The notes beneath the pieces were generated by a model. The model had not been told where the DNA came from. It was given only the letters and a program-made list of their open reading frames with translations, and searched no databases. From Klebsormidium nitens (lineage: Eukaryota; Plantae; Klebsormidiophyceae): a DNA stretch of 64,000 nt. Positions 39,849-51,867 of this stretch are shown piece after piece (position 1 is the first letter of the stretch; the number at the start of each line of letters is the position of its first letter). The DNA is taken from NCBI GenBank assembly GCA_000708835.1, contig DF237279.1, positions 1-64,000 on the forward strand, in the 5' to 3' direction. The position numbers and the translations under genes are program-made.

Positions 39849-42800
39849 TCAATCGATTACACCCAAAGACTTGCCAACAGCTTGAAATGCTGCGATCGCT
39901 CTGTCTAGTTGTTCTCTAGAGTGACCGGCCGAGAGCTGTACTCTGATGCGAGCGGCGCCTTTTGGCACAACCGGATAACTAAAACCTATTACGTAGATTC
40001 CCTTCTCGAGCAACTTTTCGGCCATGTCGTGGGCCAGTCGGGCGTCCCCCAACATAATGGGCACGATTGGGTGGTCGCCTTTTTGCAGCTTGAACCCCGC
40101 CGCCGCCATCTTTTTCCGGAAGTACGCGGTGTTGTCCGCGAGTTTGTCCCGAAGTTCGGTGCTGCAGAGAGGACGGAAGGAGAATGTCACCTTAAGTCAC
40201 ATCCAAAGTTATATTTGCCGACTGGGCAGCGGAGAGAGGACGGGTTCTTCTGGCGCTCGAAAGCTGCTCAAACCGGTTCTGGAAAGAACGAACGACTCAG
40301 CTTTGCGCAACGCAACAGAACGCGGGACAAGTGCCTTCTGGCAAGTGCTCGGTGTAAGGATTTCTGGAGCAGCGAGAACAATTAAGAAAGCATCAAGCCG
40401 ACTTGGAAAGGCGCTTTTTTTGCGCAATGCAACCTTGAAACGAAAGCGTAGAAGCGAAAGGAAGTATCGGGCGCCATCGAGTGGGCAGAGCAGCTTCTCA
40501 GTCTCCATTTCTGAGCAGCTTAAACCGCTGGCATCCCATAATACGCAAACCAGCAGATGAGCGCACTCTGTCGACTCTGTCCCTCCCCACGAGTTCGAAA
40601 CGACACAATGAAGAACTCAATATTTCTACATTTTGTTTTGTCAAGCGCCACGAGGGAGTTCAAATTCACCGTCCGGAAACGATAACCCAAAACGGCCTTC
40701 GTGCCGCCCCCAAAGCTGCGAGTCATAAGCAGCACTCTCGAACCGCACCTGCTTATAAGAAGGTCCATCGCTGCAATGCTGGCGGCAGCCACCGACGGAG
40801 CGAGCGTGTTGGAGAATAAGTACGGCCGCGCTTTTTGACGGAGAATGTCGACAACGTCTTTCCGCCCCGTAGTGTACCCCCCGGTCGCGCCCCCGAGCGC
40901 CTTGCCGAGCGTCGAGTTGATGATATCGACCTGCGAGCAGGAAAACATGCGGATTGTTAAGACCCTGTTTTATGAAATTCCACGTCGACCGAAATGGGTG
41001 AGCGCTCATCTACGATCCTCCGGACCAATAAGAACGGTTCAATCGGTCACGTGGTACAAAAAACACAAACCTGGTGCAAGACTTGCCAGAAAGGCAGTGT
41101 ACAAAGCTGTATGCGGACCAGAGATGCGAAGCTGGTCGACGCGGAATGTAAGGACGCCCAATACCGCGTGTATGTTGCACTAACGCAAAGGTTTTGGCGA
41201 CCACAGTATCATTGCTAAAGAATAAAGACGCACTTGGTGTTTCCCACATCGAGATTTTCGAAACACAACAACGATCAGACAGGGATCGCAGTGACTTTGG
41301 CACGTTACAGAAGACCAGACAATCGAAGGGCCGACTTCTCACTCATCGCCTAAAGCAAAGAAATGCAGATAAAAGCTCGACGAAAACTGAAAACAGGCTT
41401 GTTTTGGTGCTGCCCTTGGGGCCGCCTTTTGGCTCGTCCATTGCTTTTGTGTAGGATTAAAGTAGCACGAGGTGCGCTCAGGTGTTCGACAACGTTTCTG
41501 ACACAGATAAAGTTTCAAACGTCAAGAGCACCTCATGCCTTTGGACTGCAGCCTCGACAGCAACTCTCTGATAGAGTTGAAGCGATGGTTCAACTCGTTC
41601 ATGACCGAAAGGGTCCCCTGAAGTAGTGTTCCCACAATCTGTTCCTCCATTACAAGTCGAAGCGCCGACGCACGACAACAAAGACGGCCGTGGCGAAGTT
41701 CACCTGCATAACATTGCCTAACACGGCCTGACAAAAGCGAGAGCCAGCCGTCCTCCCCAGCACTCATCCGGTAGCGCCAAAATTTACTTCCCCTTCAAAC
41801 AGACTCGACTGAATATGAGCGCTCCTTTTCCCAGGCCCGCCGGTCAAATCTCCAGGAGCGTGAATCCAATGTACACCCACCTTGCAGCCCTCCGCAGAGT
41901 TCATCCGTCCCCCGCTCTGTCGTCCCCATGAACTGCTCCCCGTCCAAACCCACAGCATGATTTGACACCAAACGCGAAGAGCCCCGCTGAATCGCAAGGA
42001 CGTCAACTAGAAATCGAGGTGCCCAATGCAGATCGTACCTTGCCCTGCACTCCGCAGTACTCATCCGTCCCCCGCCCCGTCGCCCCTAGGAACCCTGTCG
42101 CGTGGCAGTCGTCCACGAAAGTGACCGCGTCGTGCTTCTGGGCGAGGCCCACGATCTCGTCTAGTGGCGCCACGTGGCCATCCATGCTGAAGACGCCGTC
42201 GGTCGCGATCAGCCGCACGCGCGCATTTTGTGTTTCTCGCAGGTGCGTTTCGAGGTCGGCCATGTCGACGTGTTTGTACCTGGGGAGTTTTGACAACGAT
42301 TAGATTTCCCATTTGTGTTCTAGAGAGGAAGAAGTGCCTGAGTGATACCTCGAATATGCAAATCCATGTGAAACGTTTGTCGCAAGCACCTGCACGCGCG
42401 GGCCCTGACTTTTACGCAAATGCAATTCGAAGTTGGTTGTGTCGACGTGTCTGTGTCTGGAAGATTTGAGCAACCATTGTAGATTGAAACAGAGACAGAA
42501 AAGAATCCGCTTGAAAGACTGAGAAGGGTGATTTGAGTGTCCAACAGAATCCAGCTTCTAAGGTCGCCTTTTTTGGCAAACTTTACCGTTCCTAAAGGAG
42601 GGCAGCATGTCCGGCCTCGTCTCAGGTAGGACTTCTCTTTCCTGACGTCAACGGTTATGCCTGACACGTCGACGTCTTTAACTTGCTCTCACCTCCGTCG
42701 TTGGGCTTTACAGAGCCTGATGCCGTCGATGATGCTCGCATGGTTGAGCTCGTCGCTAATGACAGCATCCTCTGACGTCAGGATCGCCTCAAAGAGGCCC

Positions 42801-44718
42801 CCGTTCGCGTCGAAGCAGCTGGGGTACAGAACTGCAGACAATACAACCGGGTGAAAACAGTGTTGCAGCTTTCGGAACGGGGTCAAGGGGAGTTGTACTT
42901 TTGAGACATAGGCCAGAATTGCAGTCTTTCACTGATGACGTGGCAAGGATCGGCTTGTTTAGGGGCCTTCTCGGGCAACGATTGGTCGGACGACACCAAC
43001 GCAGGGGTTTTGCCCTTGAAGCTTGCCAGGTCATCGCTTCCAAAAACATTGCCGGTCTCGGGTTCCAAAAATTACCGACGGAATTTCACCCCGCCTGTTC
43101 GGATTATTATCTTGATTCAAATGTAATCTCAATAAAGACAGTCGCATAGGTTTTTTATCAAGGAGCGGGTCACGCAGGACTGTTGAAGGGTCCTTCAGAT
43201 GACTAAACTTTGAGTCACATCAGAGACGGGCAATCTAAAACCTACAAGAAAAGTCCGAATGACTCGAGGCATTTGAGAACCCACAGGGTTACGACGTAGA
43301 AATCACGAGAACTTGAGCTGTCACGCCCCTGCTTTGGGCATCAGGATCCAGGTCCTATCCCGAACTTCGATGACGAACAATATACGTAAACTCCGTGTTG
43401 ACTAGAGTGAGAGTGAGTCAAAAATCGAGCAAAGAGCTCCGCAGGTCCTCACTTGTGTCATCAGTCCCATGAAATTCCGACAACTTCGCCTCCAGTTCCT
43501 GCAGAGACCGGCGCCAGCTATTCAGTGTCCGTTCGAGATCCGAGCATAAAGTGACGTTTTGTATGTATCTAGACCAGCGTAATCGTTTTCTGGTATGTAG
43601 ACTTCATTCCTATTCCTACAGGCACCTCTGGAAGGTAGCTATGGGGCTCCCCTCGATTGGCTTCTCAATTAGCTTCTCAAGCAAAGGGGATCAGATAAGG
43701 AAGACGTGAAAGCAGCGAGATTGAAGCGACCAAATGTACCTTCTAAGAAGCAAAACGTGCAGGCGCAACGGCAGAGTCACCAGACAACGCTTCAACATCA
43801 GAGCATCTCACCAATGGCGTTTCCTAACATAGCTTTTCTTAGTGGCCAATCCTGGTGGTGTTTCCCAGTGTGGCTATCTCAAGAAGGAAACATACGTTGA
43901 CACAAAGCCCTGACTGCGATAGAAAGAGAGGACTTTGTGGCCTCTGGTCCTGGAACCAACGTACCTTATGCAAGTCCTGCGTTCCACAGATGAAGCGCAC
44001 AGAAGACAAGCCAAAACCGTGCGTGTCAAGCGCTTTCTTGGCGGCCGCAACTAGAGTGGGGTGGTTGCTGAGACCCAGGTAGTTGTTTGCACAGAAGTTC
44101 AGGACAGCGAAGGAACCACCGGCGACGTGTATGGACGCAGACTGGGGGGTCGTGATAACTCGCTCACCTGCGCATATCAAATTGGTTGGTAAAGCAAAAA
44201 CTGATAAGAAAAAGTAAGGCAGATAACATGGAGAATACTATGGGGCAGATGGAGTTAGAAAGTGAGAGTTGCAGCTTTCCAGAAAGAGAGGAAGAGATGA
44301 TATGGCAAACTTCCAGTAAATTCCCCCTTCCTTTTCCGACTTTGGATAAAGTGCCGGTGCCGGGAATAGTGAGGCATGCATGATCGAGCTTGAGCACGTC
44401 GCCACCCCCAGCACCGAGAGGGTTACAACCCAGAGCCTAAAACTCAACATGGAGCAGCTCAAAGTTGATGGACTTTCAGCTCTCACTCTTGAAAGTCCCG
44501 CCCTTCTTCATCTCCTCCAACTGCTGCTGCAAAGCTTTGTGAAGCGCATCCTGCTTCTCTGTTGCTTGTGTATGAGTGCCCGCGTCTGACTGGTCAGGTT
44601 CAGCACCAGGCTGCACAAACCCTTCTGAGCTGGAGAGCTGCCTAACCCAGGGCACACGAAAGGCCAGCTGCAGACCCCACAAGTTGACGGGCCGCGACGC
44701 CCTGATGGCTGCTTGCAT
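39849..44718 (-). CDS. GCAT: Glycine C-acetyltransferase (2-amino-3-ketobutyrate CoA ligase), PLP-dependent, with probable mitochondrial presequence
   Basis: Exons 44487-44718, 43965-44167, 43453-43498, 42693-42831, 42039-42279, 40749-40930, 39849-40161 join in frame (1356 nt, 451 aa). Motifs: [56 protein letters not shown] (PLP lysine), [27 protein letters not shown]. The N-terminus is Arg-rich and acid-poor, ending RQLSS. Confidence 0.95.
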
Positions 44719-45465
44719 TGTTGCGACAGGTTCTGCGCCACCCAGAAAAAGAAGGCCCGCTTACCAATGGGTCTCCTGATTCTACGCTTCAAGCATCAGT
44801 TGATGCCTGTAATTAGAATAGGAGCAAAGGGCTGACATAAATTACCAAGCTCAACAGGTGGCTAAGGCTGGCGATCGAGCGCTTTCAAGTTTCCGAAGTT
44901 CGAGTGTGGTGAACCCTAATTTAGCCGGGGCCTACATTGACTGTGACAAGATCACCTGAGTCAAGGACGCAACCCGCTTTCGACGTTAAGCTACAGTTGC
45001 TCAATAGCCTGGAGGCTGGACTGCGGATACAAACGGGTTCGGTTTAGATCAAACCCTGTTTATGCTTACGTCATCAATGGGTTCGCAGTTAGCTAGTGTA
45101 ATGGGATGGTCCAATGAACCAATCAAGCTTCCTTAATTTTCCACGTGGTATCCAACATGATGTTCTTGGTACGTACCACGAACGCAATGACACTTGTTCT
45201 GGCACGGTACCTCTTTGACCGGTACGGCTTTCGAGGGAAGGCGCTGTACACACATCAATCCCGATGCACACAGAAGGTCAAACCTGAGGCTGAGCCGTGT
45301 GAGTCGTGACTCGTGAGCTGGCTTGCATTCAACTTCGCAATTCTTTTGCCTTTCTTTTGCGTCAAGACTCAGAGGGGGCAGCTGCTGGACTCGGAGCCTT
45401 TGAGCCTTCAGTTGGGGGCAATTGGAGTCAATTGAAGCGTGAAAGGCCCAAGCAAGGAGTTGCCA
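44719..45465. promoter_or_regulatory. Probable bidirectional promoter/5' UTR region between GCAT and the glutaredoxin gene
   Basis: The two starts diverge 747 bp apart. A near telo-box (gaaccctaat) lies at ~44911. No TSS can be determined. Confidence 0.4.
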
Positions 45466-47382
45466 ATGGCGTCCTGCATCGCAAACAGGGCAGCGTCCTT
45501 CTTTACCCCCTCTGCGATCCGCGCGCCACCCCAATCGAACACCTGCAATGCAGTGCTGCTCTTCACACCCTCGTACATCTACAGCCGAGCTGTCTACTTG
45601 TCTAGGTCACCGGTGTTGCTAAACACATACCCTGCTCATCTAGAAAAGTCTTGGCTTGGATCAAAAGCCAGCACATTTGCAATGAATCCGCTGCCTTCAG
45701 TTGGCAGTATCATGTCAACAAGCCATGGCATTCTAGAGGCGCCTTCCCTGTGCCGCAGAGCCTCCTTGCACTGTAAAGCTTCTGGGAGCGGTATCGTTGA
45801 AGAAGTGAAGAAAAAGAATGAAGAGAACCCTGTGATAGTCTACTCGAAGTCATGGTGTCCGTGAGTTCCCTCCCTTGTGGTTCTTTGATTGCTCTAATAG
45901 GGGACTCCTATGACTCAATTGCATTCGGTGATTGGTTTATCTGAGTGCGCTTGTTTTGAGAAGCTGAAAGAAGCATTTCAGAGAAGAGTCAGTGATTTGC
46001 TCTTTCAAGAGTTGCTGCCACCTTTGCGGAGTTGGATGTTTGGAGAATTGAATGATGCCCATGTTGTACCGTTATTGTCCGCACTTCATTTAGTGCTTCA
46101 CCACAGCGGAATGCATGCCTAATCCAGCATTCGTTTGTTGTTGTTGTTGTCAGAGAGCATAACTAACCACATCTTTCCGCTATTGAGAAGATATGCGGAC
46201 ATCGATGCCAGAAGGAGCTAACCAAATGCAAAGTGCTTTTGTAAAAGTAATCTACCTTCTTGTGACTCCTGCAACCATTCATGCGTTTTTGGTGTGCTTC
46301 ACACGAACAAATATTCCCCTTTGCCTTTTAGGTACTGCTCTCAAGTGAAGGGCCTTTTCAGGCAATTGGGGGTGCCTGCGAAAGTGATCGAACTAGACGA
46401 AATCAGTGAGTTGCTCCTTGATAGCTTACCTAGAGCAGATGGCTTCGTTTCCTGTTCTTTGAATCTCTTTCTTTCTCCCCCGACTCTGTCCTTCCGCCCC
46501 CGAAGTCAGGCGCTGTGTTCAAGTACCACGACATTGGATAGAATGCAGCATCAAGATGTTCGAAGAAGGACAAACAATCAAGTTCTATCGATTTTGGCAT
46601 CTTGCATCTGTTGGCTGTGGTCTGAGCCACCTCAGGGTAAAAGCGCCTTTGCAGTCCCAGGTATGTGTTTGCAGTCCCCCATATTTGAGCGAGTTACCCA
46701 TCTGCAACCAGAGTAGTCTGCCGGTGACTCCCGTAGAGTTGTACTGTGTTGAGCCTGCCTAAGTGAATTCTTTCCTGCTCCATTTGCAGATGAAGAGGAG
46801 GAGGTACAGGATGCTCTCTACGAGCTCACGCGCCAGGCAACAGTTCCGAACGTGTTCATTGGCAAGTCGTCCTCACCTTCGACACCTCAGCTTTTGGATG
46901 TCTTATCGCATTATGCTCACATTGGCTGCCTGCATATGGACTGCTATTTCGCCAGCTTCGACAGCCTCTAGTACTGGTTGCTTTCGAGATGAATACAGGG
47001 TCGAGCAGCCTGTTTGGCCACATCGAAGGAGTCGGAAGTCTCCCCTGCGCACCCGCAACCAAACTGACATTCTGGCGTCTATCTGCAGGGGGAAAGCATA
47101 TTGGTGGCTGTGATGGTGAGTTGGCCTTCTTTTCTCTGCCGCTTATTGCGAGTCTCCGAAAATTCGACCAACTTCACAGCCCATCTTCTACTAGCGTAAT
47201 CACATCGTTTTTGTCGCCTCGATACTGCCCCTCAGCCTGCTCCAAAGCCCCACTTCTGGTCGTACCATTGGTTCAACAAGTCATATTGGCCGTTTGTCTT
47301 TGCAGATACGATGGCTTTGAAAAGAAGCGGTAAGCTCTTTGAGTTGCTCGCGGACGCGGGCATAAACGTGACGTCAAAATAA
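45466..47382 (+). CDS. GRX: Class I dithiol glutaredoxin (WCPYC) with a long N-terminal, probably plastid, transit peptide
   Basis: Exons 45466-45860, 46332-46405, 46790-46861, 47089-47115, 47306-47382 give YSKSWCPYCSQVK, TVPNVFIGGKHIGGCD and a stop at 47380-47382. About 100 aa of Ser/Ala-rich leader begins MASC. Intron 3 starts GCAAGT (GC-AG). The start codon choice is inferred. Confidence 0.93.
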
Positions 47383-48894
47383 TCCTGCAAGTCCTGTGTT
47401 AATGAATAAGGCCTACTGCAAAGTAGAAGAAAGCTCCCAAAGCTCGTCAAGTAGAGGGACGGAACTCGTAGACGAATTGCTTCAAGTCAAGTACGGCAAA
47501 AGAGTGCTCTGCATCTTAGGACTACTGTGTTTGACCTGGGCCGCCAACAGTGATCGATGTTGATAAAAGCCGGGGCCCAGTAACAGCGGCATACTAATGC
47601 TTGCAACTGTACTAAACTTCAAAACTAAGGATTTTTTGACGTGGTTGAAATGGCCGTACGGTATGCTCCACCGGGTTTTAGGGTCAGTTTGCCTGGCCCG
47701 CATCGCGTTTCTAGGCCACCTAGTGATCCTTTGTCACGTTGACACACAGCGTACTAGACACCGTCAATCTCAATCTCGGTTTGGCTTTGATCTTAGTCTG
47801 GCTTTAATCAATGATTAAGTTGCATGTGGACATAGCCGGTACTGGTATGCCTTGCAATGCTACGGGCCCCCCTGGTAATGGTACACCAGCAATTTCCAGT
47901 TAGGTCCATTTCATAAACATCTTATCAGATTCATTGATCGTGAGGTCCGACGGGCCTCGCCATGCACGTACTCTATCATTTGCCGCACATGATATGCCGC
48001 TGTGCACAGTGACAGCGCCTTGAGTCGATCCGACGTACCAGTACGTATAATTAGATACAGATCAAAGCTAGGATAAACGGAACCTAAGTCAATCGATCCA
48101 GTGACCATTCTAAGCAGATCCCGGTGACAGTGACTAGCTAGCTACGCTAATTTCGATGAGATGTGCGGCCCGGCGCGGGCCCAAATGGCCGCCGTGTACG
48201 TGGTCAATGGACCCCGCAGCATACTGTACTATAGACTTTGTCAATCAATGATCTATATGCGCATGCATGTAGTCACGTTGAGTCGATCAAAGCTCAGACA
48301 CGCTTCCGAAGTTCAGTACGCTTGCGATACAAACGAGGCCGGAAATGATTGGACTGCGAATATCCGACTTGTACAGCATGCAATCTGCAAGAATATGCCC
48401 AGATACTGCCAGCTGACGCGTATAGCTAGCCACTGCAATTGGCGATATCCAAGATGGCGCTGCACTGCACTTGATCATGCCAGGGCTGCACTATCTAATG
48501 CAGCACACCTATGCGCAATCGCCTGCCGTCAATCCGCTTCTCAAAGAACATCGCGGTTCCAACCGTGCACGATTTTGATTAGTAGCAGCGCGTGGCCCGC
48601 GCTCTCAGGCGGCACAATTGGCCCGAATTGAACACGTGCCACACGGGTGGCATCTCACTATCATGGTCAATCACACTTGCTCAGTTCGAAACCAATGATA
48701 ACTGACTTGCAAACGCACACTGAACCTTACGGGACGGTTGAACTCTAATGTTTTGAGATAGGTTCAAGGTACTTGACTGCACTGTGCCAGAGAGCTCTTG
48801 CCAAGTTTAAGCTAGCCATAAGGCCATTTTCTTATTTGGAATCACGAGAACACATCTAAGGGGGTACAAAAGGATCAATCGTATATTATCGTGT

Positions 48895-49342
48895 CTACAT
48901 GCCTTGCAGGCTGTTGAAGAGTGCCGTACAGCAAAGGATATGTTCTTCCTGGTTCCAGTGATCTTCCAGGACTCGTTGATTTTTGGAGACAAACTCCTCG
49001 ATCAGCACAAAGTCCCTGAACCGAATGCTCCCGGTGTTTCCGATTATCCTTGGGTTATCCTCAATCGTCACCGTGAACCACTTACCAACATCTTTCGAGT
49101 TTCCATAACCCTGCGATACTCTTAACTTCGGGACATCTGTTCGCTCGTTCTTCAGGCTGATCCAGACGGACATAGGAAGTCCAGTGACTTGACAAGACAC
49201 GTTCGTCATCGTAAAAGGATCCACTCCCTTGTCAGGAAAAGCGAAGTCGTCTTCAACGACAATATCGTCTTCGTCGTCGTAAATGGAATGACAGGGAGTC
49301 TTCGGCTGTGTCTTCATCAGATGAAGTGTCAAAATTACTCTC
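48895..49342 (-). CDS. Hypothetical protein resembling a bacterial/phage small-protein family (F-x-M-x-N...TGLP...W-I-S; DUF4160-like C-terminus)
   Basis: Open frame with ATG at 49317 and stop at 48895-48897. Core sequence: FTMTNVSCQVTGLPMSVWISLKNERTDVPKLRVSQGYGNSKDVGKWFTVTIEDNPRIIGNTGSIRFRDFVLIEEFVSKNQRVLEDHWN. The family resemblance is from recall, not from a search. A good acceptor (ctgactgcccttgcag) lies at 49343-49345. Confidence 0.65.
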
Positions 49343-51867
49343 CTGCAAGGGCAGTCAGAAACGAAACAATGTCGAAAGGGCACGGCACCAACTTTGGAAC
49401 TTTGGCTTCATATGTTAATCAGCTTCACTTGTGACGCGCGATAGTCACGCGCAGGACACAGCAAAGACTGGCTTACGCGTAACCTGCTAGCTGTTCTCGT
49501 TAAGATGTCGAGAAATCGACTACATGCGGAGTCAGGAAAGCCTGTGTTCCTCTCGGGCGCTGATTCAATTGAAGTAGGGCAGACGCGGGGATTCATAATG
49601 TCCACAAATTCTTAAACAGATTCTCAAAGTTCGAAACGAAGAGGCCGGTAATCGATGGCGACGTCGTCCAATTCTTTTTTATTGATTGATGAACACCTCT
49701 TTGTGGTGTACGGTGTCATACTACGTCCTCGACATACACGGTACGGTAGTCGTTACGTGAGTTGAGAATACACGTTTGGTTCCTAGGACCGTTGATTGCT
49801 TAGCTTCAACTTTTGAAATAGGAATCTTTGACAAGACACGGGCCTGGAGGAAGAAACTCACATCTTCGTCGTTGTATCCGTGGGTTCCACATTGGACCTC
49901 TGCTCTCGTGGCTTGCTCGCTTCTCCTCATGAGCTGCAGAAAGGCGAGGTGCTTTTGAGGTGTGTTAACGGAAGGCTATGAAGAGACACTTGAGAGTCGG
50001 CCTGCTTCGAGAGGTAAAGGGCCCAACGCTGCAAGACTCGTCTGCGATTTTGCTCAAACTTCCGAGGATTCGTTCTGGGGCAGGTGCTGGCTGACTAATG
50101 CAGACTGCAAATCAGCTTGGATCCCAGCTAATTAAACTCCTGTCACGATTGATGCATGAGTTTCACCAATATCACTAGCAAGGAGCTGACGAAAGAGTAG
50201 GCTGAAACTTAAGTTTCAGTACCTTTCGTTGCAAAAGCTAGTCTCCCATAGCCGGTTCCTTGTTGCCAAGCCGCCGGCGCTGCTGCCGACTTTCACAATC
50301 TGGTGCGGAAAGCCTAGAAGCGACCGGACAGGGAGGCTTCGACAATGCATCAAGGAGCTCCTCTTTGAAAGCTGTAGTGACCTGTGAACCAGGAGGTAAG
50401 AAAGCTCGCAGTCAGTGTTAAAGTGCTAGCGGTATTGGTCAACGGTGGAATCGATATCGGATGCAACATCACTCATCTGCAAGTTGCAGTGGTGTGCTCT
50501 GATTTTGCAGTGGCCAGTAGTGAGTGTTTTGTAGTGCTCAGTACATATATCAGATATACACAGCTACCAAACTTGGATGCATGCCCACTGTGTGCACAGA
50601 TTACTACTAGGCTGACCGGCTATATGTGACACGTTCTGCGCATGTTCGCCAGCAGTTTTTTTTGAGCTTACTCTTCACAGGCTTTTAGACAAAGCCTGCA
50701 AAAGGTACGTCCCCAGAACTCCCGGCTGGAAAAAGCACACCAGGTTCTTGGAACCCTCACTCTAGCTCAGATACAATTTTTTGAAAAGTCAGAGTATCGC
50801 GAGCTGACATTTCAGCCAGTGAATATTTGCAGTGTTCTACGACAGCTTGCTGAAAGGACTCACAATGCCGGCTCTGCCAGCTGTGCCCGCGGTGCTGCTG
50901 CCGCATACATGGGCTTTGTTCAGGAGCTGGATCAAGTGTCCTGCTATGTTGTGGTGACCGTTGCATGTATGACGGAGCAACACACTGAAGAACAAGTCTG
51001 GAAGTTTTCAGACTCCTGTAAAATGCAAGTCCCTGAGTTATTTGCTGCAGCTCGAGCTCCCCCCCTGATCAGAATGCAGTCAGAGAGCAAATATCAGCAA
51101 TGGCTCACACACGGCCATGTTAACACATGATGGCCTTGCATTACAGCATTGCTTTACAGCACCACAAAGTAGTCTCCGCGTTAATCAACGTTTGCTGAGC
51201 TTTGCATATGATCATGCTCTGAATCAAGATTGTATATACATTTCTCTGCAAACGAGAAATCAGGTTTGAAAGCAGTCTGATCAAACCGTCTGATCAACTC
51301 GAAGTGCTCCACGCGAGAGATTGGCTGATGTCAGCCAGCGGCCGCCCATCGAATGACCGTCGATAAAATGTATTGGAGCCTTTTGAGCCGTAGATAAACA
51401 GGGTGAGTTGGTTGTTAGTATGCGAGTTCGGCCGAAATGCATGTGACGAAACGCTCTGAACAAGCGTGCCTGACCCCCATGTCATTGTGAACAGACCCTA
51501 TGAGTAGTGCCATCTTCAAAGTGTGCTGACAAATGAATCTACAGTGATGGCCGCGGCCAATGAGGGCGAACGTCATTCTCACATGCGGAAATGCTCCTTC
51601 TCACAAGCTGCTAAAGTCCGATAAGAGGACGAAAAGAATAATCTGAACAAGGCCATGATCAGCTAGCTGGAGGAAACATCCCTGGAGCTGAGAAGAGGGG
51701 ACGCTTGCAGAGGGGCCGGAATGGAAAGCCCCATGTAAGAGATATCTAGCGAACGACATAAGGTATGCTTGTCTGCATGACTGACACTGCATAGCATTAA
51801 CAGATAGGCCCATAACTCCCTCGCCCGCATCCATTCACTTAGGAACCGTTGAGTTGCTCAGGTCTTA

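Noticed and set aside
47800-48700. Palindrome-rich intergenic segment as a mobile element
   Set aside because: Only 4-6 bp palindromes are present, similar to other intergenic stretches here, with no termini or TSD.
50200-51800. Further upstream exons for the phage-like ORF, or a separate gene
   Set aside because: The candidate exon at ~50222-50381 does not join in frame, and the short ORFs have no recognisable features.
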